Of a stretch of DNA of 27,134 nucleotides, positions 23,376 to 27,134 are shown piece by piece. The DNA is taken from assembly GCA_045807245.1 (NCBI GenBank), contig JBJMHS010000045.1, positions 62,001 to 89,134 of the forward strand, written 5' to 3'. Below the pieces are notes generated by a model. The model made no database searches and was not told the origin of the DNA. It saw only the letters and a list, made by a program, of their open reading frames with translations. The DNA comes from Actinomycetales bacterium (lineage in GTDB: Bacteria; Actinomycetota; Actinomycetes; Actinomycetales; CAVURS01). The translations under genes and the position numbers were made by a program. Position 1 is the first letter of the stretch. Each line of letters starts with the position of its first letter.

Positions 23376-26153
23376 GTGCTCCACGGACGCGAGGCCGAGC
23401 GCGCCCGCCTGCTCACGTTGATCGAGGGTGCCGCCACATCCCACGGCGGCGCCCTCGTCGTGCGCGGCGAGCCGGGTGCGGGCAAGACGGCTCTGTTGTC
23501 GGACGCGGCCGAGCGAGCAAACGACGTACTGGTGCTGTGGACCCAGGGAATCGAGTCGGAGTCACCACTCCCCTTCGCCGCCCTGACCCGCCTGCTGCGC
23601 CCGGTCTTGGGTCAGCTGGATCGCATCCCGGCCACACAGGCGCACGCCCTGCGGGTCGCTCTGGCCGAGCCGCTGCCGGGGAAGGACGGCTCCAGTCCTG
23701 ACACTGCGGTCCGGGCCGACGATCGGGCCGACGATCGCCTGCTGGTCTTCATGGCGGTGCTGTCCCTGCTGGCGGAGGTGGCCGAGAGCCGGCCCGTGCT
23801 GTGCATCGTGGACGACGCGCAGTGGCTCGACTCGGCGTCGGCTGAGGCGTTGCTGTTTGTCGGTCGGCGGCTCGGCTCGGACCGGATCGCCGTCGTCTTC
23901 GCTGCCCGTGAAGGCGATGTGCGTCGATTCGACGGCAGCGGGATCGCCGAGCTCACCCTGAGGGGACTGGACGCCTCCGCGGCGTTGGGCTTGCTGAGTG
24001 AGCGCACCGGCCGACCGGTCGCCGCGAGCGTCCGCGACGAGCTGGTGAAGCGAACCAGTGGCAACCCACTCGCGTTGGTGGAGCTGCCCGGGGTGCTCAG
24101 CGATGAGCAACTGTCCGGTCAGGTACGCCTGCCACCGCAGCTACCTCTCACCGAGGGCGTTCAAACCGCCTTCCTCGATCGCGCGCGGCGCCTGTCAGAG
24201 GAGGCGCAGCGGCTCCTGCTCGTGGCGGCCGCCGACGAGTCCGGTCGAGTGGACGCCATCGTGACCGCCGCCGAACGGCTCGGTGCGGACGGTGCGGCGG
24301 CCCTCGATGCAGCTGAACGATCGGGGCTGATCCGCGTCGTCGGAACGGAGCTGGTGCTGCGTCATCCTCTGGTGCGCTCCGCGATCTACGGCACCGCCAC
24401 CTCGGCCCAGCGCAGGCACGCCCACGGTGCGTTGGCCGAGGCCCTCGCCGGCGCCGGGGACGTCGACCGGCGTACCTGGCATCTCGCGTTGGCCGCCTCC
24501 GGAGCCGACGATTCGCTCGCTTCGGCGCTGGACGCGGTCGCCGAGCGGGCCAGCCGGCGCTCGGGACATGAAGCGGCCAGTGCGGCGTCCGAGCGTGCGG
24601 CGGCTCTGACCTCAGAGCCTGAAGCCCGCGCCCAGCGGCTGTTCGAGGCCGCGACGAGCGCATGGGCGGCTGGTGACAGCGGCCGCGCGAGGTCGCTCGC
24701 GGACGAAGGTCGCGCGCAGGCCACCGGACGGATCCTGGGTGCCGACCTGGACCGACTCCGAGGCCGCCAGGAATGGAACGTCGGCTCGCCGCAGACGGGT
24801 TACGCGATCCTGATGAGCGCCGCTCGGCAGGTCGCATCGACCGATGCCACCCGGGCTCTGGAGATGGCCATGCTGGCCAGCACGCTCGCCACGTTCGGCG
24901 CCAACCCCGCCGAGGACGAGGCCGCTGGTGACACGTCCTTCCTTCCATCCCTGGACGCGTCCGCACCCGATGAGCTCCACTGCCTGGCCGCACTGGTCTC
25001 CGGGCATCAGCACATCCTGCGCGGCGAGTACCCGCAGGCAGCCGAGAGGTTGCGGCGCGCGCTGACGATTTCGCACGCCCTCCGCCCAACGGTCGACATC
25101 CTGGCGAACGTCGGCCTCGCGGCGTTCCACCTCGGGGACGACGCCGAGACGACTCGTGCCTTCGCCGGGCTGTTGGGCCTGGGGCGCGAGGCAGGGTCCA
25201 TGGCCACCGTGGTCACCGCGCTGACCCGGTTGCCTTGCGGCCAGCTGCCGGCCGGCGAGTGGCGACGGGCCACCGCGAGCGCCGATGAGGCCTTGGCCGT
25301 AGCGGCCGGCATGTCGTCGCCCGCGCTGACCGCGCTCCCGTCGGCGTGGCTGGCGCTCCTGAGCGCATACCGAGGCGAGGTCGCCACCGTCGCTCTGCTG
25401 GCCGAGGTCGAACAGCTCCGCGATCATCACTCGACCGGCATCGTGAAGGTGGCCGTTGACGACATTGTGCATTGGGTCAAAGGAGTCCTGGCCGCCAATG
25501 CCCGTGAGGACAGCAAGGCGATCCATCACCTGGCGCGCATCGCCCATCCAGCATTCGTTCGGCTGGCTGCTATCGATCGTCTGGAGGCAGCCGTCCGTGC
25601 CCTTCGACTCGACCTCGCGCAGCGCTGGGTCGCGGAGCTCGAGTCGTTCGGCGATGCGGTCGGGGCGCGGTGGGCTTCCGCCGGTGCGGAGCACGGGAAG
25701 GCACTGCTCGACGACGGCAACAGTGCAGAGCACCACTTCGAACGAGCGCTCGTCCTGCACGAGGAGGGCGGTCGCCCCACAGACCTGGCCCGTACGGCGC
25801 TGTCCTACGGCGAGTTCCTCCGCAGAGCCGGCCGTCGCGTGGACGCCCGGGGACACCTACGTCGAGCGCTTGATGTGTTCGAGGACCTTGGGGCCGAGCC
25901 CTGGGCCGAGCGAGCCCGGCAAGAGCTCCGGGCCACGGGCGAGACCGCACGCAAACGGGACGTGACAACCACGGAGAACCTGACGCCGCAGGAGCGCCAA
26001 ACGGCAGTGCTGGTCAGCCAGGGCCTGACGAACCGAGAGGTCGCCGCCCGCCTGTTCCTGAGCCCGCGAACGATCGAGTACCACCTGAGCCACGCCTATC
26101 AGAAGCTCGGGGTCCGCTCTCGGGCCGAGCTCGCCCGGCTGCAGATCGAGTAG
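23376..26153 (+). CDS. Large ATP-binding LuxR (LAL) family regulator (alternative start 23367)
   Basis: Walker A GEPGAGKT, Walker B IVDDAQW, GNPLAL, RHPLVR and C-terminal LTPQE..LSPRTIEYHL. TACCGT -10 lies 7 nt before GTG 23376. Confidence 0.93.
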   Translation: MLHGREAERARLLTLIEGAATSHGGALVVRGEPGAGKTALLSDAAERANDVLVLWTQGIESESPLPFAALTRLLRPVLGQLDRIPATQAHALRVALAEPLPGKDGSSPDTAVRADDRADDRLLVFMAVLSLLAEVAESRPVLCIVDDAQWLDSASAEALLFVGRRLGSDRIAVVFAAREGDVRRFDGSGIAELTLRGLDASAALGLLSERTGRPVAASVRDELVKRTSGNPLALVELPGVLSDEQLSGQVRLPPQLPLTEGVQTAFLDRARRLSEEAQRLLLVAAADESGRVDAIVTAAERLGADGAAALDAAERSGLIRVVGTELVLRHPLVRSAIYGTATSAQRRHAHGALAEALAGAGDVDRRTWHLALAASGADDSLASALDAVAERASRRSGHEAASAASERAAALTSEPEARAQRLFEAATSAWAAGDSGRARSLADEGRAQATGRILGADLDRLRGRQEWNVGSPQTGYAILMSAARQVASTDATRALEMAMLASTLATFGANPAEDEAAGDTSFLPSLDASAPDELHCLAALVSGHQHILRGEYPQAAERLRRALTISHALRPTVDILANVGLAAFHLGDDAETTRAFAGLLGLGREAGSMATVVTALTRLPCGQLPAGEWRRATASADEALAVAAGMSSPALTALPSAWLALLSAYRGEVATVALLAEVEQLRDHHSTGIVKVAVDDIVHWVKGVLAANAREDSKAIHHLARIAHPAFVRLAAIDRLEAAVRALRLDLAQRWVAELESFGDAVGARWASAGAEHGKALLDDGNSAEHHFERALVLHEEGGRPTDLARTALSYGEFLRRAGRRVDARGHLRRALDVFEDLGAEPWAERARQELRATGETARKRDVTTTENLTPQERQTAVLVSQGLTNREVAARLFLSPRTIEYHLSHAYQKLGVRSRAELARLQIE

Positions 26154-26157
26154 GGCC

Positions 26158-26178
26158 AACCCCGTGGTTCTACGGGGG
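26158..26178 (+). promoter_or_regulatory. Putative LAL-regulator binding site 2
   Basis: AACCCCGTGGTTCTACGGGGG, core palindrome CCCCGT-N6-ACGGGG. Confidence 0.85.
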
Positions 26179-26246
26179 CGAACACCGGCCTGACCAGGCG
26201 AGCGTGGCGGTTGCCACCAACCACTGCCATCTCCCAGGAGCCCCTC

Positions 26247-27134
26247 ATGAGCCACACCGCCGAGCACCACACGACTCACCCGACACCCGACGTCGTTCAC
26301 GAACCCGCAAACGACGAGCGCAGGTCCTGGTCGATCCTGGCCATTGCGCTCGCTGCTCAGCTGCTGGTCGTCCTGGACATCAGCGTCGTGAACACTGCCC
26401 TTCCCTCGATCGGCACGGCACTCTCGTTGCGCGGCAGCCAGCTGCAGTGGGTCGTGACGGCCTACCTGCTGATGAGCGGCGGCGGACTGCTGCTCGGTGG
26501 CCGCGTCGCCGACCTGTTGCCGCGCCGGCGGGTGTTCCTGACCGGCCTCGCGATCTTCACGACCGCCTCGCTGCTGAGCGGACTGGCCACGAGCGCGGGG
26601 ATGCTGATCGCCAGCCGCGGGGCCCAGGGTCTCGGAGCGGCGTTGATGACGCCGGCCGCTCTCAGCTTGATCATGACGACCTATACGGGCGCACAGCGGG
26701 CCAAGGGTCTCGCTCTGTGGGGAGCCTTGGGCAGCATGGGCATCGCGGCCGGGGTCGTGCTCGGTGGCGCGCTCACCACGTGGGCCGGTTGGCAGATGAT
26801 CTTCTGGGTCAACGTCCCCGTCGGCGTCGCCGCGTTCATCGCCGGCCGCACGCTCATCGCGAAGGAGGCAGCCACGTCCGGCGGCCTGCGCGAGCTCGAC
26901 CTGCCGGGTGCCGCGGCGGCGGTCGGCGGATTGGCCGCCCTGCTGTTGGGCATCCAGGGTGCCGTCGACCATGGCTGGACCTCGCCGCGAACGCTGGGCC
27001 TGCTCGGCGTGGCGGTTGTCCTGCTGGGCTCGTTCGCGCGCATCGAGCGCCGCGTGCGTCGACCTCTGGTCCCGCCGCACACCTGGAAGATCAAGACCCT
27101 CGTCTCGGGAACCGCGGTCATGTTCTGTGTCACC
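26247..27134 (+). CDS. MFS transporter, EmrB/QacA (DHA2) type, 3'-truncated (absent from the supplied ORF track)
   Basis: AGGAG ribosome-binding site; own translation gives LVVLDISVVNTALPSI, LQWVVTAY, GGRVADLLPRRR and WQMIFWVNVPVG. Confidence 0.92.
   Translation, partial: MSHTAEHHTTHPTPDVVHEPANDERRSWSILAIALAAQLLVVLDISVVNTALPSIGTALSLRGSQLQWVVTAYLLMSGGGLLLGGRVADLLPRRRVFLTGLAIFTTASLLSGLATSAGMLIASRGAQGLGAALMTPAALSLIMTTYTGAQRAKGLALWGALGSMGIAAGVVLGGALTTWAGWQMIFWVNVPVGVAAFIAGRTLIAKEAATSGGLRELDLPGAAAAVGGLAALLLGIQGAVDHGWTSPRTLGLLGVAVVLLGSFARIERRVRRPLVPPHTWKIKTLVSGTAVMFCVT

Noticed and set aside
25857..27080. 407-aa minus-strand ORF
   Set aside because: Antisense shadow of the truncated MFS gene, which has clear motifs and a ribosome-binding site.

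Overview
High-GC actinobacterial accessory region with 27 supportable CDSs (two truncated by the window edges), no intact RNA gene, no CRISPR array and no intact transposase or integrase. It is a mosaic of small regulator-target modules, several with readable operators: TetR with an Aur1/PAP2-like lipid enzyme and a SIS-domain sugar enzyme; a Cys-rich SufR-like HTH regulator with a stand-alone folE and a nitronate monooxygenase; a sigma-28-like promoter before a GAF-PAS-GGDEF diguanylate cyclase; a MOSC-FAD-[2Fe-2S] fusion reductase; an HD-GYP-like/LuxR regulator with a small ferredoxin-fold protein; XRE-cupin with a CPYC flavoenzyme; a DinB2-type polymerase lacking the aromatic steric gate; and an Rv2629/Balon-like ribosome hibernation factor behind a SigF/SigB-like promoter. 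At about 20.7-20.8 kb an IS481-like end abuts a decayed tRNA-Thr 3' fragment (att-like scar). To its right a large ATP-binding LuxR (LAL) gene is bracketed by two identical 21-bp sites in front of a hydrolase-oxidoreductase operon and an MFS transporter. All family calls come from motif recognition by eye; no database searches were run.
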